The translations under genes were made by a program, and so were the position numbers. DNA of 52,621 bases, filler included, from Bipalium vagum (taxonomy: Eukaryota), in assembly GCA_037834085.1 (NCBI GenBank). It is 3 parts of 3 records of this genome, joined end to end, with 100 filler letters (N's around TTAATTAATTAA, not from the genome) between each part and the next. Parts side by side here need not be neighbours in the genome. Positions count along the whole stretch, not along the records: positions 1 to 17,741 come from JBBMKC010053050.1; 2 more parts are not named here. One strand, written 5' to 3'. Shown in pieces: positions 1-12,500 of the stretch; within the stretch, counting starts at the first letter, position 1; every line of letters starts with the position of its first letter. The notes below the pieces were generated by a model, which was not told the DNA's origin, made no database searches, and was given only the letters and a program-made list of their open reading frames with translations.

Positions 1-69
<69 letters not shown>
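1..69. repeat. (TAA)23 microsatellite at left end of scaffold
   Basis: Perfect TAA repeat read directly. Confidence 0.98.
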
Positions 70-71
<2 letters not shown>

Positions 72-508
72 GATTTTCGAAATTTAAGCTTGTAAAATAT
101 TGGATAAATGATCAATTTATTGAAAAAGAATAATTAATATAATCTTGAATAATTAATTTTAGAAAGTTTCATGAAATTACTTTTAAAAAATTTTGTGCGA
201 AGATATCAATAATGAAAATCTTAATGAGAATGAAAAAATAATTTTCTATGTTCAATACATCATTATATATAATTAGAAATCTTTTTCGCTATCTTTATTT
301 TCATTTTTCGCTTCATTAAATGACATTTTAATTTATTCTTAGGAAAAATGATAATTTCTAACAGGTCTTCGGTCTGCAAATTTTCGTCTTTGTAAAATTC
401 TCAACAATTTTGACTTTTATAATAATTGTATTGATCTAATTAAATAAAATCCCATACTAATAGTTGCTTTAATCAATTCATCAATAATATATTGATAATA
501 TTCAAAAA

Positions 509-3500
509 TCAACCCAATTTATCAAGAACCGTTTGATTCAACTTGAAGTGCATGTCATAATGGATATTGATGAGATTCTGGATCAGATACTGATATTTCG
601 AGGACAATCTCATCAAATGTGAAAACAGAATCAGTAAACTTTCAAACAGAACATTTCCTGATGTCATCATTAAAAAGTTATGAAATTTTAAGCAAAATTT
701 AATCAAGCAGATCCTGGCATATCTTGGAAACAGAAAATTATTTTATTTTGACAATTAAATTCATTTAATATTAATAAAAAAATGTTTTTACGGTTGCTTA
801 TCTAGCGGTATTGTAGCATTGATAGTAATATGGTTTCGCTTCACATTTTCCTTAGATATTTTCGACTCGGAACTCGAGTTCACCATTTGATTTCGACCAC
901 TATTTCTACCGTAATTGAAGATCTTTGACTTTTCCACAGATATCTCTTTGATTAAAGGCTGTTTGTTATTGTTTATTACTGAAGGGTCGATAAATCGAGT
1001 TCCTGAAAAGTATAAATCAATCAGTCAATCAGTCTAACCACATATCAGATTAATTATTAATTATTTATTTTAACATTTTCTTTAACACTTATAACATTTA
1101 TCTGGCGGTGCAATTATTGATTAACTTGAAGCTACCGTGAGAAAACTGATGGGAAATAATCCTGGTTCAGTAAATTGTTATTGCGAAAAACTGGGAAAGT
1201 GTTTTCCTATATAGCCTGACATAAAAATCTCATCATCCAGTTCCATCAACGTTCGAATGAATATCTGCCTAACTGTGACTTTCAGTTAAATGTCAATTTA
1301 TTTTAACCACCATGTCATTTATCATTATTATCTCTTTTAGTATTATTTTATTGTAGAATTTCAAGATAACCTTAGACTCCACATTGGTAGTACATTTTCA
1401 TGGCTGCTTTGACATCGGAAAATTAGGAATATTATTATCAGTTTTATTGTAAATTATTATTTAAAGGCAAAATGTCATTTGTCGGACGTCGCAAACGATA
1501 ACCACTCCTGGAATTTCAATTTTGCAATTTTTTCATTTTACCTCATCAATTCATTTCATGTTCGGCATTTACTGATTTAAGAGAGGAAAGTCATATTTTC
1601 AAAAACAAACCAAGCACCTGATTGTTGGATTGGACCTTAAAATTGTAGACACTTAGATAAATTAACCTCTTTTTCAGAATAATGGCGTGAGAAATATTCG
1701 CAAATAGTTACAGACCACATAACTTTTCCTATAGTCACTATCATTTTCGATTAAGCACATCATCCAACAAAATCCGAACATTGGATTTTCCAAAATTACT
1801 AGGAAACGAATTTTTCCTTGGGACTTTTGAACATGGACCTTTCAAAAATATTATGGAATAGCTTTGATTTAATTACAGATTTTTAAAGAATGATACTTAT
1901 TTTATTATTTCTAATATCTCTAATTTAATTGGATGGATGCAAAGATGAACTAAGCTTTTTTTAAAATCACCATTCACTGAAAATAACAAACAGTTAACAT
2001 ATTTCTCGATGTCTCTGGTAACAGCAAGTCACGATGTTTGTGACTGGAAGACGGTAAGATGAGATTCTTCAAAGAAATCCATTGAATCAAAGTTGTTTTA
2101 AGTTGACTTAATAAATGATAGGAGAGACGTCGAGATCGAGAGTAACAAAATTGACTGACCAAAACGTGTTCTGCAATTTTCTTGATCAAAATAAATGTTC
2201 TTCCTGTTAACTAGTTCTGAATTCTTCTGGGTGATTGTTCGCCTTATTTTACTCAGTCGTAAAAAGTGTTTATTCCAGTCCAATTACCTGATTTAAAGGC
2301 AAAACCTCATACAGAATGATTACAGTAGGAACAAATGTACAGGAAGACTGGAAAATTTCTACTGATAATTTATTCGACGAAAAAATACCAAAAATGAGTA
2401 TGGAAAAAATAAATATCTTAATCTTTTTGTTAAGAAAGATTTTTATTAAACTAAGGACATTTTTAAACTAATTGTTGTTCACCAGTTGAACCACCACGAG
2501 AGATACACACCCAAACGTTGATAAAGGGCTATTTTGTCTTGTCTTAACTTTTAATTTGAAAACTGTCATTCTGGTTTATTTCTTTAGAGTTCTCGTGGAG
2601 TTACTTCGTATTCAGATTCTGTGAGGTTTTGCTTAAATATTTTATTTTGGTCAGCTGTCTAATTAATTCAAAAATCAATTTTGTTACATCTTATAATTAA
2701 CATTTTTAAAAATTAAATATATACGGTGTCCCAAAAAAGACTGACATTTTAAAATTGGCTGTTATTTTTCCAGCAATACCAAAGTACTTACTTTTTGTTT
2801 AAATATTTTTAATAAACATAGACATTTTAAGAATGAACAAATTATAATCAATAAACCAGGCATACTAATTATAAAAAATTATTATGAGCATGAATCATGT
2901 ATACGTAGAGCGGCAACTGTTCGAAATTACAATTCCATTTTAGGTCACCGCAGTGCCTCTGCTCGGAACAAGGTTGTAAATTTATTACAAAAAATTTGAA
3001 CTTTATGGGACAGTTGAAGACCGAAATGCCCATAGTCGTACTGCTCGATCGAATGAAGTTATATCCGTTATCAATAAAAGTGTTTCAAAAAATCCAAAAT
3101 TACATTACTTGTCAACCTAATATGGTCAAGTTTTGTTGATCATCAATATATAGAGATATCGTGGAAAAAATTTTTTTAGAAAACATGTTGACTTTTGAAA
3201 TACTCTTTAAATAAAATTACAGATCTATATCTGTATAAGGACGTCCATTTCGCTTTTTGTTTTAATGCTTCAATTTAATCTTAATTTATAAATAAGTAAA
3301 TAGTTATTCATTTTTTGTTTAAGAAATTAAAATAAAAAAAGTAAAAGGATAAAAATCATTCTTCGTTTTTTTGAAAATTCTTTCATAGAGCAAATTTAAA
3401 ATTAAAAAAAGAACCTTTAATTAAGTATTGTTACTTTCATCTGAATGATGAAAGTGATACAAAAATATGTTACCTAAAAACATTATTATAAAAGTATAAG

Positions 3501-6500
3501 CCGTTGTGGTTTCTATGGTTTCATTTATTCTTATTCAATTTTCAATACTGCGGCTTATTTCAATTTTATAAAATATGTTAATTATTTGAAATCCTTGTGA
3601 TTATATCACGCGTACATTTCCCTCTAATTTCCTGGTGTTATCCATTAATTCTCGACATAATTTTAATAACGAATGTTTTCTAAAGGCAAATGATAAAAAC
3701 AAAATTCTACAGATCACACTTAATATAAAAAAATCAATATCACACCATGTTTGTGCATTTAGAGGATATTTGCATTTAATAAGCGGTACCTTCCAGATGA
3801 GTTCATAATATTATGATGGGATCCTTAACTTATAAAATCGATAAAAAAAAACAATTTATTCTTTGCGCTGATCACAAAGATATATGTTGTGAGCATCTAG
3901 AATGTAGAGAAACTGGTAATTTTGTTCATTAAAGATAAAGATAACAAATAATCAAACTAAATAAATGTGCACTTTTCAAACGATCAGGGTGTATCAGAAG
4001 ACAATGCTAAGTAATTTTGCTTTATAATAACGTTAATTACATATAATAAACCAGTTAAAACTCACTACTTCAAAATTTTAGATTTCCCGGTCGCAATCAT
4101 TTATTATCCGCAATATCAAGAGAAGACATTTGTATAAAATTTATTTTTTCACAAACGTACCAATATCTGTCGTTATTTAAACCAATACTGTTTAATCAAT
4201 AAATTAATATAACGTGCCTTTTTTATTTTCAAGCATAAATTTTTACAAAAAAATAAATAAAAAAATAATAATATAATATAATAATAATATAATAATATAA
4301 TATAATAAATATAATAATCTTTAAAATGTAAAATAATCTACGCTCGCTTAATTTTAAATATTGAAGCACGTTATATAAATCCACACACTTAATTATTATC
4401 ATTATTTTTATTAACCTGTATGTTAACATTTATATGAAAAATTACAAATTTATGAAAAAATTCTACCAAAGGTTTACAAATCAGAAAAATTGAAAATTAT
4501 TAACATTGTTTTGCTATTTTCTTTTCCTAAATGTTATTTTTTCTTTATGTAGAATTATAATTTGACCTAATGCAAAACCAATAACCCCGTTATATCAATA
4601 TTTAGGAGACGAATTTTAAATTTTATCTGAATGATTGTTATCTTATCTTAATATTTCTCGAGTGAGGAATGATAGCAGTGTATTACCTGGTTAAAACTGT
4701 TATACGATATTGTCTGGAACAAAAAATTTATTTAATAAGAATAACTTACTAAAATTACAATAATTAGAATTTTTATTATCATTCTATATTTTTTTCAATA
4801 GTTTAACTAGAGTTTTATCCGTTTCTCTTTAACGTTGTTATTCTTGTCCAGTTTTTTAATTTTCATATTTAAGTTAGTCAATAATCTTCTAATAATATTA
4901 CAGATCAATGATTATTGTTAAAATTGATTTTTTAAAATTTATACAAGAAAACTGATAGTTCTGTTATTTTCGTAGTTTTTGTAATCTTTTCAAATTTTAA
5001 TTACTTTTCACTAAACATCTAAGATCTCATGTTCCCTAAAAAAATTTTGCACAATAATAAATAATAATAAAATAATATATTAACGTTTTGCAACCATATT
5101 AATTTCACATTATTAAATTTAAAAATCTTGTAAATCTCTAAGTAAAATAGTAAAAATATAATTTTATTTTTGCACTACTGAAATGCAAGGCACCAAAACT
5201 TTTTTTCACTATATTTTCTAATCATTTTGTTTAAACGAGAATAATAAGTTTTACGGAAAAAAATTTTTAATTAATTTTTAAATTTTTCTTATTGATTGCA
5301 CTCCTTACTTAAAATTTAATCTGATGTTTTCAATAACCAAAACAAGAAACCAATAAAAATAATTGTATAACATCTTTCTAAATGAATTTGCAAATCATAA
5401 AAATCCAATGAAGTGAAAATTATCGATAATTAATTAAATTAAATCATATTTTCACAGAAATAAATATTAATAATTATTTTAATTAGAACAAAGAACGGTA
5501 ACAGTAACTTACATTTCGATCGTATTTAAAGATATAATTAAAGAATTACCAAATCATTATCGAAGCTGATCCGGAAAATGTTAAGACAACAAATGTATTG
5601 ATTAATGAAATGCAACGTCTGTCACAGAATTGTGAATACAGCAATAAAAATGTACAATAACAAATATCATTTCATAATGTACCTGTATAACAACACCAAA
5701 CACCACACCGCAATCACTGCGATTATAAATGTTCATGAGAAAATGATATTAAACTGGTGCTGATTTATTTTTCTGTTAATGATAACTGCGCTGTTAAAAT
5801 CAACTGTAATTAAGCCTATGCAAATATGAGTTCTAAACATTTATTAAGTTTAACTTTGCGTTTATCTTCACTTGAACAAACAACATTTTCAATGACAAAC
5901 TTTATTTTATTGTGATTTCATCTTTGGATGACAGTGGCCATCTTAACAGTACTACGGAGATATTATCGTAAACTTTTTTCAAAATATCTTTTTGAAGGAT
6001 CAATTGGAAGCTGGTTGCACTTTATAGGTTAAATACAGTCAAATCTGTTCACTGTGGACGTCTCGGTCAAAAATTACTTAATAAACTATGTATTAAAAAA
6101 ATTGTTTTTTATTTGTTTTTAATTGGCTCTTTAATTGTTTATTATTTTGAAAAATAAAAATTAATTGGTGTATTTTGGTAATATGTAAAATCATATTTTG
6201 TTTATGTTCATTGTTGTTTGAACATAAAAATATTGCACTCTGCTTTGAACATGTAAAATATAAAACTAAAAGGAAAAAAGGTATTTTTAACCAATAAAAA
6301 GAAACCGAAAATTTTAAAATTAATTGGTGAGGTAGGAGTTATCCTCAACGCTTTCTTTCATCAAAATACAATCTTTCGTTTGGTTATCTGAATAACCTTA
6401 TTGAATCCAAAGATTCCATTTTGAAGTCAAATTGGAAGATGAGAAAATATAATTTAGTGTAAGTAGGAACAATTAAGTTGATGTATTAGTGGCTCCAGAT

Positions 6501-9500
6501 CAAAAGAACAAGAAATATTAATTTTATAAACGATATACGAATATTACAACAAAAATGGTTTAAATTGACAGAAGACTTTGGAAATCAGGATCTTAAAGTA
6601 TCAAGAGGCTGGAATCATTCTTTTCTATCAAGACAAATGAAATCGACCAAAAAGATGAAAAGTTTATTATTGATTTTAAAGAACTTTATAAGTCAACCTT
6701 AAAGAATTGTGGAGATAACGATTGTGATGAAACGGAACACTATTCTGTTAATGTTTATTTAACAAAATTCTTAGGATTTAAATTATTATGAGAAAAATTA
6801 AATCCGCTATTAACACAAAAGTCAAATGAACTGGGTTTCTTAGTCTAATTACATGGAAGAACCACCTTTGCATAAAAGGCGGAATAGATAGATTTTCTAT
6901 TTCTAAATTTAAGGAATTGTGCAATAAAATTGAAATAGAAAGGCATAAAATCTTATTAGTGTTATTTTATTACGTACTATTGGAATTTACCCAATGCACT
7001 TTGAAATGACGTTATTGAATTATTTGTTTCCCACCAAATACACAAATTTTTATTCAACCTCTTGATCAAAGTATTAAGGAATATTATAAGAAAATCTTAT
7101 GGGCCTCAACGAAGATTGTTTTAAGTATCCACCTTACGGAGAACTAGTGCTGAAAGTTGATATTTAATCAAAATCAATGATTATCTCTAAAATTGTCAAT
7201 TCTCTTGAAATTGAATAGGTTGAAGAATAAAGCATTGAATGTAATGATTTCCCATATTTAGAAAATAATCTGACACTGATGTACAACTTTTAATTGATCA
7301 ATCGAAAAGAATAAAAAAGGTTCTTAATGATGATGAGTCTGGTGAAAAGCATGCAATTTTGACAGCACACAAATCCTCCTATCAATATGCAAAATCAAAA
7401 TGATTAAATTATTTTTACAGATAACAGCAAAAAATAATCATGACTGACTACTATGGTTTTCGTATCGTTCAAGCTCGGCTGTATTTATAAATATAATTCA
7501 GTTAAAAATCACCTATGTAAACAAAAAAATTCAACATGATTCATTAAAAAATTTGTTTGAATCAATCACTTTATTATTGTGTAGCACATGTTTGAATTTG
7601 ATTTGCCATTTTTTATTTTTAGTACAGGAAAAATTGAGAATTTGCCAGTCATCAAATGTTTTCTATTGAATCGAAAATTTACAGTAAAATGGTTAAAGTA
7701 TTAAAAGGACCTGTACTTCATTTTCTACTATCCATTCAGGAGCTTTGGAGTTTACATGTTGTCGAACAAATATCGAATAGGATACACGCAGTGGGGGTAT
7801 TTTTGCAAAACTTTATTTTTCATTTTCATTTTTCTCAGGAAATATCAAGATTGCATGTAATCTTTATTTTAATCAATTGACAGTAATCAACAAAATGTTT
7901 TGTAAAGTCTCAAAAAACTTAAACAAAATTTATGTAGTCAAAAAATTATCATTTTACTAAAATTAAAAAAATTGTGTAGATTCGTTGTTTTTTGCTCTGG
8001 ATTTTGAGATATATTGAGCTGCAATATATTACTGGTCTGAAAAATATGAAACATCTACTTTCAAAGATAACCATATCTAAAGATATTAATTACGAAGCAC
8101 ATGTTATATCGATCCAATCATTGACTAAGGCTCATTAAAACCTGTCAAATTTGAAAGTGTAAGGAAAAAAGATTATCATCTTTTCAATTTTGTTTGTGAT
8201 AATATCAACCAAAGTGCAAATACAATTTCCATTAATAACTTCAAACAAAAATAAAATATGATCAATATGTTAATCAATAAATAAAATAAAAATTGTCACT
8301 CTCATTAAACCAAGAAACTTCACATCAAGTGTTAGGCTATGAGTTTAATAAAATACAATATTGAAGTGTCAAAGATTGAAGTCCTAGATAATATTTTTCA
8401 ACTTAGAAAAAAACCTTGAAAAATAAATAACAACAAAAAATCGATAACATTCAACAAATAAAAAATTATAATTTTTTTATATATATTATATCAAATGATT
8501 ATATATTATTATTATTCAGTTATCTCTACACAATTAAAAATTTACGATCTATTATTTGATAAGAGATTATTTGTTTTAATCAACCAAATAAAATAATGTA
8601 ATATTATTATCATTGCGGTTATTCATGCCAATTACTCATCTGAACAATACCCATGTGCTCATTAAAAATAAATAAACCATTACAAAAGATAATTAGATTT
8701 TGTAAACTGTGATATTCATCATAAATCATAGATGAATGGGAAAAACTTTGTGATTATTTATTTTATATCTAATTATGCCTGGTTTTCGTTCCACTGATTT
8801 CCATTACACACATAATTCCAATCAATATTAATGTTAAATAATTAATTTTAAAAAATCGTATTACCAATTAATTCTCTAATTGAACGTCTGTGAATAACAT
8901 CCCATGGTTCATTGCGACTGTCCGATTCCGACTCTGCAATGGAGCTTGATATTTGACTTTTTCCAGATAATGTAGCCTGGTTCTGTTTCAGAACATCTGC
9001 CTCAATACTGCTAAGTTTAAGAGACTGAATAGAATCGATATTGGAAAAGCTGTGGACCGATATACTATCTTCTGGTTCATCAGGAAATGAGTTAATAGAC
9101 CCATTCGGAATTTGTAAAATTGCTTCATTGTCAGCAAAATTCATTTTGTTCTCGCTGACTTTGCATAGATTGATATCGTTTTTAAATTGGTTCGACATAT
9201 TTGCTGTGTTGATTTCCTTAGACTTCTCATCTTCCGATAAATTCATTGACAGGTTGAACTGGAAATAAAATGCCTTAATTTCCCAATTTTAACAATTGAT
9301 ACAGATAATGACAAGGACTGATTTAAGTATTATAAATTAATAAATAAAGTTTAAAATAATATAATATAAATAATATAATAATAAAAAAAATTCAGAAGTT
9401 TACAAAATTTTATCAACGGTACAGGAGAAAAAACAAAATTTTTATGACGTTATTATTATCAGGTCTTAGTAAAATAGGTGGACAAAATTCAAACAAAAAA

Positions 9501-12500
9501 ATATTCTAACTAAATTAAACATCCTTATTTTATTATGAAAATTTGAATCAAGGGGCCTTTATTTTTATTTTTGATTTCAACTCATTTAAATCGATCAGTA
9601 ATTGAGCTCACCGCAATCAATTTTAGTAGAAAACTGGAGTTTTGTGAAAAAATATTGAAACAACTTGAAAATGATTCTTCCATTGTTAACAAGATTTAAG
9701 TTCATTAAATTAAGTTCATGCCAAATGGGCTGAACAGCCACCGATATTGCTCTTATTAGACCAACTATAATCTCTGATTGTAATCCCAAGTTTGGATAAC
9801 AGTGTTGTTGTGCAGTTTAACTTCAGATAGTATCATTCAGCCATTCTTCAAGATTCGGAACAACATTTTATGGTCTGAAGTAGCTTGGGGTCGGACGTAC
9901 TCTCAACATGATGGAGCACTGCTGCACTAGTCGCATATGGTAAGAAACTTGCTGCATATAATGTTCCTTAATCTGTGGATTGTAAATCGAGATTCAATTA
10001 ATTTGTCTCCAAGTTCGTTTAATTTAACTCCGCTAGACTTCTTGTGCGGGTATCTAAAACACATCGTGTATAGAAAGAGGCCTTCTGCTGAACCTAATGA
10101 CAGAACCAGTCATACTTAATGAGGTACACATTGTAATGTGCCCGCAACTATGCCTAAATTTAATATCTATAAACCGGTTAGCTTATATAATCCTGTCATT
10201 TTCTTTTAAATAAATTGTATTTCAAAAACTATTGTGGTTCAGTATAAAATATTGTACTTACAATAACTTAACTCAAGTACAATGCATCAAAGGAAGCTAA
10301 CAACTCCATGGTATATGTGGTGAAAGCAGTACTAATGTACGGACCACAGAGCGGTGGTTCAATAAATTTAGTAATAATGACATGAGCTTTGTAAATGAAG
10401 ACTTCTTTGTTACTTAAATAAAGACAGATTGAAAGCAGGTTTTGAAGGAAACACTCGCCGAAGTGAGAGAACTTGACTAGAATCTTAATGTGTCAAAGTC
10501 GACTATTTCTGTTTACCTCAAAAAATCTTGGGAAGACCAAGAAGCCCGATTCATGAATTCGACATGGATTGACTGAAAACCAACAAAAAGCAAGATAAAA
10601 AATTGTTATCCCTTAAGCATTTGTAACTAAATTGACCCTGTTTTTATGTTAAATTGTGACAGGTAAAGAAAAGTGGGTTGCAATGATAAACGTTGACGAT
10701 CAGCACAATGACTAGAAGCTGATGAACAGCCAAAACAAATGCCTACGCAAACCCATTACCAAAATAAGACAATAACTGTTTATTAGGCAGCTGACTTAAA
10801 ATATGTTGAAACTATCACTGTACAACATTACTGCTATGAAAATGAGGGTACGCATAGAAATTCGTTTGACAAACAACTTAGCTAATAAGTCGAAAAAGGT
10901 CAATTTTACTTCACGATTATTTGCAACATCACAGATTTCTCAAATGAATTCACAGAAAATGCATGAATTATAGTATTAAGTTTTGCTTCATCCACCTTAT
11001 TCCCCGGATCTTTCACCAACCAATCATCATCTATTCAAGCACATGTCAATAAAACTTTCTGCGATCTACGTGTCATTTAAGAGGACATATGTAGATCAGT
11101 TTTTCAATCCAGAATTATTGAGTTTTATCAAATTGGAATCGATAAATTATTATCTCACTGGCAAGAGTGTTTCAACAGTAATGTGAAATATTTCAATTAA
11201 TAAATTTTAATTACCAGTTCTTTTAAGACTTATTTTATTTACTTTATTTATTTCTATTTACATTACATACTTGACAACCTAATTTTACCGAATTTATATA
11301 TCTGTTTTCTAATATATTTAAAATGAAGATATGTTAAAATTAATGATAAACACTCTATAATCAAAATATCAATAAACTTTCATTAAACGACGATAACATT
11401 TTCAATGCCTTTTCGTATTACAGATACAAATCGCATCTAAAAATTTCCTAAATGTTTATTTTAAATTATAAATCCAATATTAATATTCAATATTGTGTGG
11501 AATTTTTGTGCAATCAATTGTTATAGTGAAAAATTAATTTAATTTTTCTATAATTAGTTAATATATAATCTTTAAAATTTATTTACCTCAACACCTTTAG
11601 ACCATGATTTATTATAAGCATAATCGTATTCTCCAATACTCTCTGACAAAATTTTATCAATATCACCATGTTTGATTGAGAAAATTGGTATAGATGTCAT
11701 TGCAGAATTTATTATTTGGGAACTTTCAATACTATTATTATTAATAAGTTCTATATTCTCTTTATCTTGTGACAGAAAATTGCAACTCATTGTATCATTG
11801 ACTGATTCTGTTTCTTCTATCATTACTGACTGCTTTCGATGAGGTGGAATAGCTGGAGGATCCTTAAGTTCAATTACGTTCATAGCTTCAATTGGTTTTG
11901 GTGAGACTTGATTATTATTGATACTTTTATCTTCATAATCTTAAAATTACGAAATTATTTATTTTTTATAACAATGAAGGTTCAAATGAAATAGAGAAAA
12001 ATTGAAATTCTATAATGTTAGGCGACCTAGAAAGTTTCCACCGCTTTATTCATAGACTGTTCTAATTTGAATTAAATGCATTACATAAGTTTGAAAATCA
12101 ATTTTTAATAAATCTATTACGAAATCAATTCCTTAGAATAAATCTTTATAAAAATATATTAAATCATTTGTTTATCCGAATTAAAAGATGTCACAAAAAA
12201 TCAAAATATATAAGAAATCCTGTGCGTGAATTTAATCAGTAGAATTTCTATTTGTGAATCTTTATTGAAAAGTAATGAACTTGAACCGATTCTTAAAAAA
12301 ATAATCACCGGGGATGAAAACTGGACCACTTGTGATAATAATGTGAAAATAAGCTCGTGATCCAAAAAAGATGAAGCTCCACAAACGATTGCAAGCCAAA
12401 GATTGTTTTCAAGAAATGTGATGTTGCCTGTTTTCAGAGATTTGAAATGAATCGTCCATGATGAACTGCTAGAAGCTGTTCAAACAATTGATTCTGTATT

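Noticed and set aside
4229-4429. 66-aa ORF rich in I/Y/F, and similar ORFs at 13212, 30610, 33906
   Set aside because: Translations of AT low-complexity DNA; ORFs of 60-75 codons are expected by chance.
5530-6030. RasGEF-like or membrane-protein gene built with 22-nt introns
   Set aside because: The same sequence fits a decayed DD41D transposase better, and tiny GT-AG pairs arise by chance at this composition.
9041-9268. + strand 75-aa ORF (also 34802, 42895, 49287, 52146)
   Set aside because: Antisense or off-frame shadows of real exons or TE coding sequence.
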